64,000 bases of DNA from Octopus vulgaris (GCA_951406725.2 OX597814.1:6386001-6450000); one strand, 5' to 3'. Positions 24,706-37,226 are shown, counted from the stretch's first letter. Program-made: numbers and translations. Notes: generated by a model from the sequence alone, not told the origin.

Positions 24706-25210
24706 TTTCTAAATCTGAAATATTACAAGTTACAGTTCAACACAGAAGAAAGATGTTCCAGATGTGGCCATCACTTCATATATTTCCCAATGTATCTTGT
24801 AGAGTATGATTTGAGGAAGTCTAGCTGTTATTTCTAGCAGGTCAACTGACTCACTTATTGGCCCCAATTATAAGAAGAAAAAATAATTGTCTTGTGTTAA
24901 TTAGACAATTCCCGATTGTGTCTTGCATGGAATAACAGACTTGCTAACTGCCATTCTAACGTTGATAGTTTTTACCGTTACTGACTGAGTATTCAGTGAG
25001 AGTTATTGGTGCCAAAGACTTGCAATATTCCTGGTTTTTATTTCATTTTCTAATCCTATGACTCGTCATCACCGAATCATTGACCATTGAGTTTGTCAGA
25101 AACATACATCAATTGCTCCGAACCTTTTTACTTTCGGCTGCTGCTCTCGGATTCCGGTTAATCAAAAATCCTTTCACGCTTACAATTTGCTTGTAAGTAA
25201 AAAAAATATT

Positions 25211-25790
25211 CATCATCATCATTTAACGTCTGCTTTCCATGCTAGCATGGGTTGGACGATTTTGACTGAGGTCTGGCAAACCAAACTCCAGTCTGATCTG
25301 GCAGTGTTTCTACGGCTGGATACCCTTCCTAACGCCAACCACTCCGAGAGTGTAGTGGGTGCTTTTATGTGCCACTGGCACGAGGGCCAGTGTGGTGATA
25401 CTGGCAATGGCCACGCCCAAATGGTGCTTTTTATGTGCACTGGCGATGACCTCACTCGAATGTTTTTTTCACGTGCCACCAGCACAAATGCTAGTAAGGC
25501 GACGCAGTAACGATCCTGCTCGAAGGCCAGCTTGTTGCCCTGGCAACAATCTCACTCATATGGTACTCTTAGCGCTCCACTAGCAACGGATGCCAGTCAT
25601 CGAATTTGATTTCGACTTGGATTTCACTTGCCTCAACTGGTCTTCGCAAGCAGAGTTTAGTGTCCAATGAAGAAAAGGCACACATAAGTGGACTGGTTAC
25701 ACCCCTAGCTTAGGCCACAAGGTTATGGTCACACTTGTGCTTGCCGAGTCTTCTGAAGCACAGCATATTTCCAGAGGTCCCGGTCACTAG
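25211..25790 (-). mobile_element. RTE LINE 3' end: ORF stop plus complete 3'UTR
   Basis: Minus translation SDRDLWKYAVLQKTRQAQV* at 25790-25730, then the minisatellite UTR and (GAT)n tail. Confidence 0.8.
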
Positions 25791-26079
25791 TTCTAGATGA
25801 AAGAAACGAACGTTATTCAACAGAAATAAACGATATTTATGAGATTGGGAAAAAAACAAATGTTAGATAAATTTGGCCAACAACTCTCTGAAGTTCTGAT
25901 CAGACTGAATGTAGGATGTAAAACAGTGGGGAGGGGATATAAACTCACCCTATGTTTCACCTAACGGGTGGTTCGTTATATCACAATTGTCAAGCAACAG
26001 AATAAAAACTTCTTTTCTACACCTGCCTTGTTGTAATTGATGTTGTTTAACCATAGATCAACCCTCACAGATTTAACCA

Positions 26080-26330
26080 CTCCGGTGGCAAGTAAAAAGC
26101 ACCAACCAATCGTGGCCGCTGTCAGCCTCGCCTGGCACCTGTGCCAGTGGCACGTAAAAAGCACCCGCTACACTCATGGAGTGGCTGGCGTTAGGAAGGT
26201 CATCCAGCTGTAGAAACACTGCCAGATCAGACTGGAGCCTGGTACAGCCTCCTGGCTTCCCAGACCCCGGTCGAACAGTCCAATCTGTGCTAGCATGGAA
26301 AGCAGACGTTAAACGATGATGATCATGATG
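26080..26330 (+). mobile_element. RTE-type LINE 3'UTR
   Basis: Family match. Confidence 0.85.
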
Positions 26331-26710
26331 AAATGTATTCGCCTAATATGTCCGCATGTTGTTAAGTCAGTAGGGTATGATTAGAGGGAGCTCTGACTAT
26401 TATTTCTTGATGGTTGAGCATCCAAGTCAGGCATCGGGGAGGAGACGGGTTATCATGGTGGCTTGGTGTACCTGTTGTTTGTGATGAGGGATAGAAACCA
26501 GTGAAGCCACTGTGTGGGAAATTTATCGAAATCCACCTCGTTTTGTAAATAAGATTCATGTCATTCTCACCTCTAAAGGCTAATATTATCTTCACACGTT
26601 TTACTTGTAAAATATTAAAAACAGTAAAATAAATTGAAAATGTTTCAAAATTCCTGAATAATTATCAAATTTATATTTAGTTATTGTTTAAAAATATGCA
26701 GCAACTAATA

Positions 26711-27094
26711 TCTCTCTCTATATAAACGGCAGTTTGTCTGTGCGTGTTTCTGTGTGTCTGTTTTCTTGTACCCTCACCCTGACCACGGCTTTCAACCGAT
26801 TCTGATGAAACTTGACACACACATAGCCCAATGTCATAATTCAAAACTAACGCAGCGAAAATTTTGAAAAGTTCCCCCAGTTCTGAAAAAAATCGATAAA
26901 TTTGACATGGGGTCGACAATCAGAAACACAAACCGCAAACTGTCTAGGGGACGCAACTCCACCTTTTTTTAACTAAAAACAAAATTTACCATCATTTTTT
27001 TCCATCTTTTTGCTATTTTTTGGCTATAACTCTCTAAAAATGCTTTATAGTTATTTCCCTTACAAACCTGAGCAACGCCGGGCGATACTGCTAG
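26711..27094 (+). mobile_element. Non-autonomous Helitron
   Basis: A|TC start, CTAG|T end, subterminal hairpin CCTGAGCAACGCCGGG; last ~130 bp shared with 7300-7595. Confidence 0.85.
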
Positions 27095-27960
27095 TTATCT
27101 CTAAAGATAAACACTGATAAACAATATTCAAAATAAATGTGGTCCCCCCTCCCACTCACCTACCCACCGAAATAGACAATACACTAACGACTTTAATGTG
27201 TTGTCACATTCTACTGTCTACATTAATGATGGAATCACAATGTTGAATTCTAAAAAACAAAGAATTTGCTACAGATGGAATACAAAAGTTATAATTGTAA
27301 AGTACTGTACAGGTTAGACCTCACCAAAATGCCATGGTCACATGACTTCATTTCTATTTATAGACATAATTCTATTAAACCATAGAACAATGGCAGCAAA
27401 ATTTAGTCTACTAAAATATAACTCCATCATGGCCACAACATGCTGGCCAGTGTAATTTACTTCAAAGTAAAACCATTGGCTGCAAGTGTAGAGGATGGGT
27501 TTCCACTTGCCTCCTTTCTCTTTGCCAGTCTTGGAAGCCATGAGAAGCAGGTCAGGAGTGCAGCTGACTAAACAAGACAAAACTGTAATTATGGCAACTG
27601 ATGTAGCAAAGCTATTGTAGCAGCTAATTATAAGGCAATTGGGTTTCACATGAATCTGTAATAAGACGTCAGCAGTGAGTAGAGCTGAAATCCTGTCTCC
27701 ATGGATGAAACAGGCTTAAGGTATCCCTGTTGACGGATGTTTGATATTGCTCCCTTGGTGTATATAGGGGAGCAACATTATCAATCAAATGAAACAGAAT
27801 GAATAATGAGAAGTAAGGCAATATTTCATCAGTCGTCAATCAAGTTGCTAGATTGTGTTTTAAGCTTCAACTGCTAAAATGTGAAACGGTCCAATGCTGT
27901 GAGGTTTCAAATATGAAGACAGTGTGTCACACACACTTCCTATTCTGCTTACAGAAGTAT

Positions 27961-28167
27961 TACTCTCTCTCTCTCTCTTTTACTTGTTTCAGTCATTTGA
28001 CTGCGGCCATGCTGGAGCACCGCCTTTAGTTGAGCAAATCGACCCTGGGACTTATTCTTTGTAAGCCCAGTACTTATTCTATCGGTCTCCTTTGCCGAAC
28101 CGCTAAGTGACGGGGACGTAAACACACTAGCATCGGTTGTCAAGCAATGCTAGAGGGACAAACACAG

Positions 28168-28206
<39 letters not shown>

Positions 28207-28368
28207 CGACAGGCTTCTTTCAGTTTCTGTCTACCAAATCCACTCACAAGGCATTGGTCGGCCCGGGGCTATAGCAGAAGACACTTGCCCAAGATGCCAC
28301 GCAGTGGGACTGAACCCAGAACCATGTGGTTCGTTAGCAGGCTACTTACCACACAGCCACTCCTGCGC
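27961..28368 (-). mobile_element. Full-length family A SINE
   Basis: CpG-intact copy: head GCGCAGGAGTGGCTGTGTGG, internal (TA)n, (GA)n tail. Confidence 0.9.
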
Positions 28369-28394
28369 TGTATTGTGGACTTATACACAAGAGG

Positions 28395-28740
28395 GTAAGA
28401 AGTTTGCTTCTGAACCACGTGATTCCAGGTTCAGTCCTACTACACAGTGCCCTGGCCAAGAGGATTTGGTCGACAGAAACTGAAAGAAGCCTGTCATATG
28501 CATGTGTGTGTGTGTATATATATGTGTGTCTGTGTTTGTTCTCCACTATTGCTTGACAACCAATGTTGGTTTGTTTATGTCCTTGTAAGTTAGCAGTTCA
28601 GCTAAAAGACTCTGATAAAATAAGTACCAGGTTTCAAAAAGAAATAAGTACTGGGGGTTGATTCGTTTCACAAAGCCCTTCAAGGTGGTGCCCCAGCATG
28701 GCCGAAGAAGTCTAATGACTGAGACAAGTAAGAGATAAAG
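28395..28740 (+). mobile_element. Older family A SINE, head-to-head with the previous copy
   Basis: GTAAGAAGTTTGCTTC...GGTTCAGTCC...CCCCAGCATGGCC...GACTGAGACAAGTAA. Confidence 0.75.
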
Positions 28741-29116
28741 GATACAACTAGATGTAGTGGTGAATAGAAAAGAGTAGAGAAGTCTATATATCATAAATAT
28801 AAAGTAGTACAAGTGACAAGTCGGTCATCTCCATATTATTGATGACACAGTACGAACTAGAAAGTTAAACCAACAAGAGAGCCTCTATGTACCAGCTTGA
28901 ACTGCTAGAAACAGCTAGCAAGTCTCTCACAAATCAAACTATCAACTTAACAAAAAAATGAAAAACATCTTATTGGGTAAAGTAGCACTAGATACAATAT
29001 TTCAAGAAAGGAAAAGACAGGATGGTCATGGCTGGAACACTGTTGATCACAAATCTGCCAGTTTGCTTCTACTCAGTTAAGCTCATCATTCATATTTGAA
29101 GATCTTATTGGAAAGT

Positions 29117-29645
29117 AAGGCAGCAAGCTAGAAGAATCATTAACCAGCAAAAATATGCAGTGGCATTTCATCGGCCTTTACGTTCTGAGTTCAAATCCTG
29201 CTGAGGCTGACTTTACAGTACAATAAGTGCCTGTTGAACAGTGGGGTCAATGTACTGACATCCTCTCCCTTAAAATTGCTGGCCTTGTGCCAAAGTTTGA
29301 AACCAATATTTCATTGAAAAGTAAGGCAGCAAGATGGCAGAATCATAAGCATTTTGTCCAGCTTTACATTATGAGTTCAAATTCTGCCAAAGTCAATTTT
29401 GCCTTTCATCCTTTCAAGGTCAATAAAATAAGTACCAGTTGAGTACTGGGGTCCATGTAATCGACTTACCCCCTCTCCTCTCCCCAGAATTTGTTGGCCT
29501 TGTGCCAAAATTTGAAACCAATATTTAAGGCGGTGAGCTGGCAGAATCGTTAGCACAATGGGCAAAATGACTAGTGGCATTTCGTTCATCACACGTTCTG
29601 AGTTCAAATTCTGCCAAGATCAACTTAGCCTTTCATCTTTTCAGG
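29117..29645 (+). mobile_element. Cluster of three degraded Nin/Deu SINEs
   Basis: Three AAGGC(A/G)G(C/T)(A/G)AG..GGCAGAATC heads, each followed by GAGTTCAAAT. Confidence 0.75.
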
Positions 29646-30484
29646 GTGGTTCTGTCACTCATTATTGAAATATTGGTACTAATGGCAGCATTAGTACCAA
29701 TGTCTTGATAACGAGTGACAGAAATATTGGCCTTTTCCAAAACTAACTGACCCAAAAGAAATCAGTTTTTATGGTTATACAACCTATGATCAGGTGGGCT
29801 GGATTTTTTTGTATTTTATGAGAACTGTGATATGAGGGAGATTTGGCTGCTGTTTCTCATAAGTGAAAAAAATCACCTAGAAGCTCCTTCATTGATCTAA
29901 TTCATATCTGACAATGTATGTGAAAAGTTGAGCTAATGAAACATCTCCCTCACAAACTGGAGATCAATCATATTTATCTAAGCTCAGCAAAACCGTTCCT
30001 AGCGGAAAGGCATTGCTATTTTCATCTAATCCTCATCAAAAATTCAACTCTGTTGTAAATATTTAAAACCTACATCATTTAAATAATACTAGAGGCAAAT
30101 TTCCTCTGAACTGGTTAAACAGCTCAAGATAAAACTATGTTAATTTCTATAATGAGGTGCTTAAGAGGTCCAACTAAAGGTTTAGCTAGCTGAGAGAATG
30201 ATCTCACAGATTAATGGCTCTGGTTTCAGCTTTAAGAGCTGCTCTGCGGATGGCGGATACACCTTACTCTTTTTTTCTTCTTTCGACTAGCTTCCAGATC
30301 TACTTACAGTTTTTGTAGGATTAACAGATTAACTGCTTAAGGTAGTTCATTAGGCACGTGTTAGCAAATGTAATGCTTATCAAAATAGCCAAGCTAACTG
30401 ACAATAATGAAGGGAGATCTCTGAAACCTTTCAGCATACACTCATGTGTATGGATATATACACACACACACTAACAAATGTATG

Positions 30485-30540
<56 letters not shown>

Positions 30541-30693
30541 AATGTATGTATATACATACATATATATATATACACAAATATATATATATATATATATTGC
30601 CAGACCTCAGTCAAATCGTCCAACCCATGCTAGCATGGAAAGCGGACATTAAAAGATGACGATGATATATATATATATATATATATATATACA

Positions 30694-31020
30694 TGTTGGC
30701 ATGGGTTGGACGGTTCGACTGGGGTTTGGGAAGCCAGTAGGCTGCATCAGGCCCCACTCTGATCTGGCAGTGTTTCTACAGCTGGATGCCCTTCCTAATG
30801 CCAGCTACTTCGAGAGTGTAGTGGGTACTTTTTACATGCCACTGGCAGAAGGGCCCAGAGGAGCTGGCATCGGCCACAATCAGATGGTGCTTTTTTACGT
30901 GCCACTGGCATGGAAGCCAGTCAAGGCAGCACTGGCATCGGCCACATTTAGATGGTGCTTTTTACGTGCTACTGGCACAGGGGTCACAACTACAAATTCC
31001 ATTTGATTTGATTTTGACAT
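30694..31020 (-). mobile_element. RTE-type LINE 3'UTR inserted in (TA)n
   Basis: Family match, flanked by microsatellite. Confidence 0.8.
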
Positions 31021-31039
31021 TGCTGAAGATGATGATGAT

Positions 31040-31077
<38 letters not shown>

Positions 31078-31440
31078 TACACGTAAATATATGTATATGT
31101 GTGTTTGTAGTTACCTGGTCTGAGTTGATCCAATTATATGACATTTTTGAATGTCAGAATATTTTCAAAATAACTGTTTCCTTTTTAAATTAGGGACCCA
31201 ATTTCAAATAATGCAGATGTGTGTGTATGCATGCTGCCTAATTTCTGTCGACCATCACAGCAGAAGTCATGCTGGAGCATTGCCTAAATATATATATGTC
31301 TTGTTTGAGAGACGTGTATTTATGAATGTATGTGCGAGTGTATATGTGTGTATATATATATATATGCTGGAGCATTGCCTAAATATATGTCTTGTCTGAG
31401 AGACGTGTATTTATGAATGTATGTGCGTGTGTATATGTAT

Positions 31441-31488
<48 letters not shown>

Positions 31489-32409
31489 GGAGAGAGAGGT
31501 AGATAGATGTACACACACATCCATATATGCAAAACACCATTACTATCTACCAAATTGTTGATATTCTTTAACTGCGTATTTACGTTAATTTATCCAGAAA
31601 TTCTCCCAATATTATGGTTCTAGTCTAATATAATCCAGTCTTCCAGTCTTGTGTTCCCAGTCTAATATAATCGATACATTAAAGACACCTTTAAATTCAA
31701 AGTTAATTACTGGTACCATTATTTTTAAAAATTTCATTATCGTCATCAACACATTTGTTGATTAACCTTCGATAATGAGATGCTCGTTTGTAAGCTTTAT
31801 CGGTCGTGTAGTTGTTGTTTAGTCCGAGGTAGGTCTTTGGTCCCCTTTTTTTCTCCCAACATTACCTTTTCCAATGTATTCCTCTACTGTTAAGAGGACA
31901 AGGCATAATTTGAGGGAGACTTGGTTGTTATTTTTAGTAGAGCAACCCACTGTGCAAAAGCTGTAAGCGCCTATATGTGTTCATGTGTTCATGTGTGTGT
32001 ATATATATATATACATACACACAGTACATGGTGAATGTGGAGTTTAGAGTTCCCAGCTAATATGTAAACATGAGAGCTGTTCTAGCCATGACCATCCAGT
32101 TCTTTTAGGCATAGTATATGTGACTCTCCTTTTAAAGAAACAACGGTGTACTGTGATGATATTCTGCTGCTATTTTTAGCAGAGTGTCTGGGGAGAAAGA
32201 GAGAGAGGGGCTGCAATAATGGTACCCGGGGTACAGGAAGTGCCAGATATAAACAATATGGTAAGGAAACGGAAATATATGAAGATGATGAAGCGTTCAC
32301 CCATTGAATATCTTCAACAAGTCTCACCTCCATGGAATGGTAAATAAAAACAAAGAATACTTTAGTAAATAGACACAGGTGACTGGAATTAGTGGTATTA
32401 ATTGCAGGA

Positions 32410-32457
<48 letters not shown>

Positions 32458-32756
32458 GTATATATAATTCGACTAAAAGCTAAGATGGAACATTGAAACA
32501 TGCCATTGAGGAGAAGAAATAAAAATGAAAGCAGGTTTTTGGTATTAAATAAAACAAGAGAAGAGAGAGATGTTGTTCACCAAGACATGTAAAGGAATGT
32601 GAGGGTGCTTGTGTATATATACATATAAATATATATATGTATATATATAATTACTGGTGAAGTGCGAGTACAGGTTATTTATGTATATATATAAATAAAT
32701 ATGCTTCAACATGGGTCATTTTTTTTTTTTTTTTTTTGTGGTTGACAAAATTTTAC

Positions 32757-32810
32757 CTTATCTTTCGCTTCTTCATTTTCGGTAGGAAATCTCTGCCGAA
32801 TTTCTGCCAT
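32757..32810 (-). CDS. First coding exon MAEIRQRFPTENEEAKDK; probable phosphatidate cytidylyltransferase (CDP-diacylglycerol synthase, CDS1/2-like)
   Basis: GAAATGG start context, 54 nt, AAG|GTAAAA phase-0 donor; pattern M.E(L/I)RQR...DK| resembles the recalled vertebrate CDS2 N-terminus (MTELRQR...EDK) and fly CdsA (MAEVRRR); no catalytic exons found in the window, so identity is unconfirmed. Confidence 0.6.
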
Positions 32811-33844
32811 TTCTCTGTTTGAGCTTTTGTTTTTGTTTTCGTAGTTCAGTTTTTTTTTTTGTTTTTTTTTTTGGGGGGGTCTTTTGTGAGTTTTTAGCCC
32901 CAATTAATTACAAAGAATTTTTCAATATTTAAACAATAAATAAATTTCTAGATTGTTGCCAAACTGTCGATCTCTCTCTCTCTCTCTCTCTCTTGGTCAT
33001 TTACAATTAACAAAATCCTGGGGGAAAAAAATTCTTCTTCTTCTTGTACCGAAAACACGTCGCTTTTCTTGTTTCTTTCTTTCTTTCTTGCTTTCTGTCA
33101 GGTTATTACAATAACAACAACAGCAACAACAACATCAACAGATACTAAATATTAAATACTACTGTTGTTATAAAAAACAACATCAACATGCAAATATATA
33201 TTAAATAGAAGAAGAATTGTTGTTGTTGTTGTTGTTGTCGTGTAATGAATGTAAATGTTATTGAGTGTCGTGTTGTGACAATAAGGGAATACCTGGTGGT
33301 GTTAGTCGGTGGGACATTAGACAGAAAGTCAATTAGTAAGACGACACGGCACAGGTAGGTGGAGATCGATTATATAGATTGGAATTCACACAAACATTGA
33401 AATCACTTTCTTTCATAATAAATGAAATCGACACTCATCAATGTGTGTGTCTATATATAAGGCAGGGTGTATACTGTTACTGTATATACATGGACATATA
33501 TGCATGTGTGTGGTGTGTGTACATATATATGCGTGTGGTGTGTGTGTGAGTGAGTGTATATGTAGCTATATGTACGTGCGTGTGTCTACATATAAACATA
33601 TACAAACATATTTATGTGTATATATATACATACATGTGTGTAGACATATGTATATACGGAGAGAGAGAGAGAGAAGGGGAGTATTAGTAAGTCTCACAGT
33701 GGTAGAAGTAGGAGGGGAGAGCAGGGAAAATAGTAATAGTGAAAGAGGAGGAGGAGGAAGATTAGAAAGTATAAACGACACAATTAAGAGGGAGGAAGGG
33801 CTATTAGATAATGCAAACGATAAAAGCGAGGGTGGAAAGAGAGG

Positions 33845-33970
33845 TATTAGAAAGAGTAGACACGAAAGGGAGGTGAAGAAAGAGAGATATTAGAAAGAGT
33901 AAACACAAAACAGAGGGAAAGAAAGAGAGATATTAGAAAGAGTAGACACGAAAGGGAGGGGAAGAAAGAG
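33845..33970. repeat. ~43-bp purine-rich tandem repeat, 3 copies
   Basis: TATTAGAAAGAGTA(G/A)ACAC...GAAAGAG occurs three times. Confidence 0.85.
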
Positions 33971-34274
33971 TGGCAAGGGAGATGCGAATGATAGAGCGAC
34001 AAGGAGAGGAGACGACGAATGAAGAAGTAGTCGGAGTAAATCACGAAGAATATCGTACACTCTCGTAGATGCGGATTTTAGTTTTTATTTTAATAAAGAA
34101 TAAATGAATGTTTATAGTGTAATAGAAAAAATTCATTAATTGCTCAAATATGATTTTAGATGTAAAAGTTGCGAACGAAGCTGAATTTGGGAAAAGGAAT
34201 TGGAAAAATACTGACGTTTGATTTCAGTGAGAAATATGTAAGGGGAGGTAATAATGTTGTTATGTAAGGTAATG

Positions 34275-34500
34275 AAGCTGCAACAGCTGGCTTGCAGTTG
34301 GATAAGAAGCAGTAACAGTTGGCTGGCAGTTGGAAAGCAGTAGAAGCAGCTGGCTGGCAGCTGGAAAGCAGTAGAAGCAGCTGGCTGGCAGTTGGAAAGC
34401 AGTAGAAGCAGCTGAGCAGTAACAGCTGGTTAGCAGTAGAAAAAGAAGCGGCAGTGGAAGTAGTAACAGCCGGTTTGCAGTGGAATATGCAGCGGAGTAG
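34275..34500. repeat. ~31-bp minisatellite
   Basis: GCAGCTGGCTGGCAGTTGGAAAGCAGTAGAA, about 3 good copies plus degenerate flanks. Confidence 0.85.
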
Positions 34501-34716
34501 CAGTAGCCTTTAGCACAATAAATGAATAGTAATATCTCTAGTGCTAGATACATGGCTGGTAAGTAGTAGTAGTAGTAGTAGTCGTGGTGGTTGTAAGAGC
34601 AGCAGCAGCAGCAGCTGATGGTGTAGTCGGTGCTTGTGGTGGTAGTAGTAGTAGTAGTAGTAGTTGGTGGGCAAGCCAGCTTCGTACACCAACAGTTTCA
34701 GTAGTTTATAGTAGAA

Positions 34717-34824
34717 ATGGCAGCCACCACAACAAGAAAGGTGCTGTCTGTTATTAGACGTGGGTCCTGCCGCTCACCACTGACAGCATCCAGGATTTTA
34801 TTTACCGGCAACAAACATTTTCAG
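34717..34824 (+). CDS. First coding exon of a nuclear-encoded mitochondrial protein (presequence MAATTTRKVLSVIRRGSCRSPLTASRILFTGNKHFQ)
   Basis: GAAATGG start, 108-nt open frame, CAG|GTAAAC donor; MAA start, R/S/T/A/L-rich, no acidic residues. Confidence 0.7.
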
Positions 34825-34853
34825 GTAAACCATCAAAACTAAACACACACACA

Positions 34854-34895
<42 letters not shown>

Positions 34896-34901
34896 ACATA
34901 C

Positions 34902-34935
<34 letters not shown>

Positions 34936-35192
34936 GTATGTGTTTATATATATATATATATATATATATTTGTATATGATATAGAATTGTGCTTTAATGA
35001 ATGAATGAAAACTTTTATAATTGTTTTTTTTTTAATTAGTTGTTTGTTTATGTATTTTTACAGTGTCTAAAAAATGTGTACACATTAATATTTTGACCTG
35101 TCACTCCTTACATTCTTCATATGTGGTTCATAATATTACATACATAACTATACACACACGCATATATGCCTTGTGATATGTGTATATGAGGC

Positions 35193-35606
35193 TGTCTGTC
35201 TGTCTATCTGCCTACCTACCTATCTATCTATCTATCTGCCTACCTATTTATCTATCTGCCTACCTATCTATTTATCTATCTGCCTACCTATCTATTTATC
35301 TATCTGCCTACCTATCTATCTGCCTATCTATTTATCTATCTGCCTATCTATTTATCTATCTGCCTACCTATCTATCTATCTGCCTACCTATCTATCTGCC
35401 TATCTATTTATCTATCTGCCTATCTATTTATCTATCTGCCTACCTATCTATCTATCTGCCTACCTATCTCCCTATCTATCTATCTATCTATCTGCCTACC
35501 TATCTATCTATCTGCCTATCTATCTATCTATCTGCCTACCTATCTATCTATCTGCCTATCTATCTATCTATCTGCCTACCTACCTATCTCTCTCTCTCTC
35601 TCTCTA
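35193..35606. repeat. (TATC/TACC/TGCC)n tetranucleotide microsatellite
   Basis: Directly visible. Confidence 0.95.
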
Positions 35607-36271
35607 CCTGCTGTGTTAAATACTACGTTTATTTAAATACAGGCAAATAGGTGTGGGTGTGTGTATAAAGTTAAATGCATCAGTTTTCTATTGGAAAATT
35701 TATATGAATTTTTTTCTATTTTATTCTGGAACTTTATTCCCACCCCCCACACACGTATATATACACGTCTGTATCTACACTCTACTGGTTGTCAAATTTA
35801 TGTGTCGGTGCTTGTAGCTAATGTATACACATACACTTATAAATATATAAATACATATATAAGTGTATGTATATCATACACACATACGCAGTGTGTGTGT
35901 GTGTGTATAAGTTCTTTTTAGTTTATTAATCTCGCATTCTTTTCTTTAACCATTTCTTATCTTTCTATTATGATTCACTCCATCACACACACACCAGTGT
36001 GTGTGACCTCCCTACAACCAAATTCACTCCGATGTGAGTCTGGTGGTGCCGAGGCGCAATTCTGCGCCAATCTAGTAAAGTGCGCTCGGCGCACGCATAC
36101 ACACACGCACGCATACACACACGCGCACACACACGCACACGTGTATGTGTGTGTGTTTGTTGTGTATACGATTCAGTATATGTCGACGTATATGCATGTA
36201 GACATGTGATGCTTATGTGCATATGGGGAATATGTATATGATGCTTCTATTATGAATGTATACGTGTGTAT

Positions 36272-36319
<48 letters not shown>

Positions 36320-36459
36320 GCGTTTCTGTGGTGTCCGTATATTATCTATACAAGAAGTGTGTGTGTAGTTGGTGATGTGTTTCTACTTTGGAAAACAATT
36401 GGTGGGGAATGGAGAGATTATTCGACTCTTGGAAGCAGAAAGACTTCGGGGAACTTCTC

Positions 36460-36468
36460 TTTCTTTGC

Positions 36469-36515
<47 letters not shown>

Positions 36516-36633
36516 TCAAGGTGTAGATAACCTTTCCTGTGTATATATATGTATGCATATGTATGTGTGTGTGTGTTTATGTGTATGTATGTATATATGT
36601 GTGTATAAGTATATAGGTAAGTATATATGTGTG

Positions 36634-36675
<42 letters not shown>

Positions 36676-37226
36676 CATATGTCTTTATGTAGGTGTGTGT
36701 GTGTGTGCACATATGTATATGTGTTTATGTAGGTGTGTGTGCGTGCACATATGTATATGTGTTTATGTAGGTGTGTGTGTATATATGTGTGTGTTTATAT
36801 ATATGTATAGACACATGCATACATCTTTATTTGTCTGTCTACAACACATAGGTATTTCCGCATACACGTAGATGCAGTTATACACATCTATGTATACGTG
36901 TGTGTGACTACACAACGCACACATATGTACACACACACACACATATGTACACACCCGAGAAATAACTACAGGAGCAGTTTTGAAATTTCTCTTGACAACT
37001 TGAAAACATTACTCTATTTTATTTCTTTCTGAATATTTATTTTTTCTCTTCAAAATAAAGAGGGAAGGGTTTTAACGGTTTGAAAATATTGGCGATAGCA
37101 ATAATGCGAGTTTGGTGGAAAAAGCTCGAGTGTTTTTTTTTTCAAGTGGTTATTTCGGCGGTGCGCTAATTAACAATCTGGGGTGTGGTAGCTTTATAAT
37201 TGTATGCCACCCTCTCTCTCCCTCCT

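Larger units (their letters stand above)
32811..34716. promoter_or_regulatory. Putative bidirectional promoter and 5'UTRs
   Basis: Lies between two divergent ATG exons, lacks SINE/LINE insertions, and retains CpGs. Confidence 0.5.

Noticed and set aside
26802-26812. CTGATGAAAC as a hammerhead core
   Set aside because: No room for stem II between CUGAUGA and GAAA; it lies inside a Helitron
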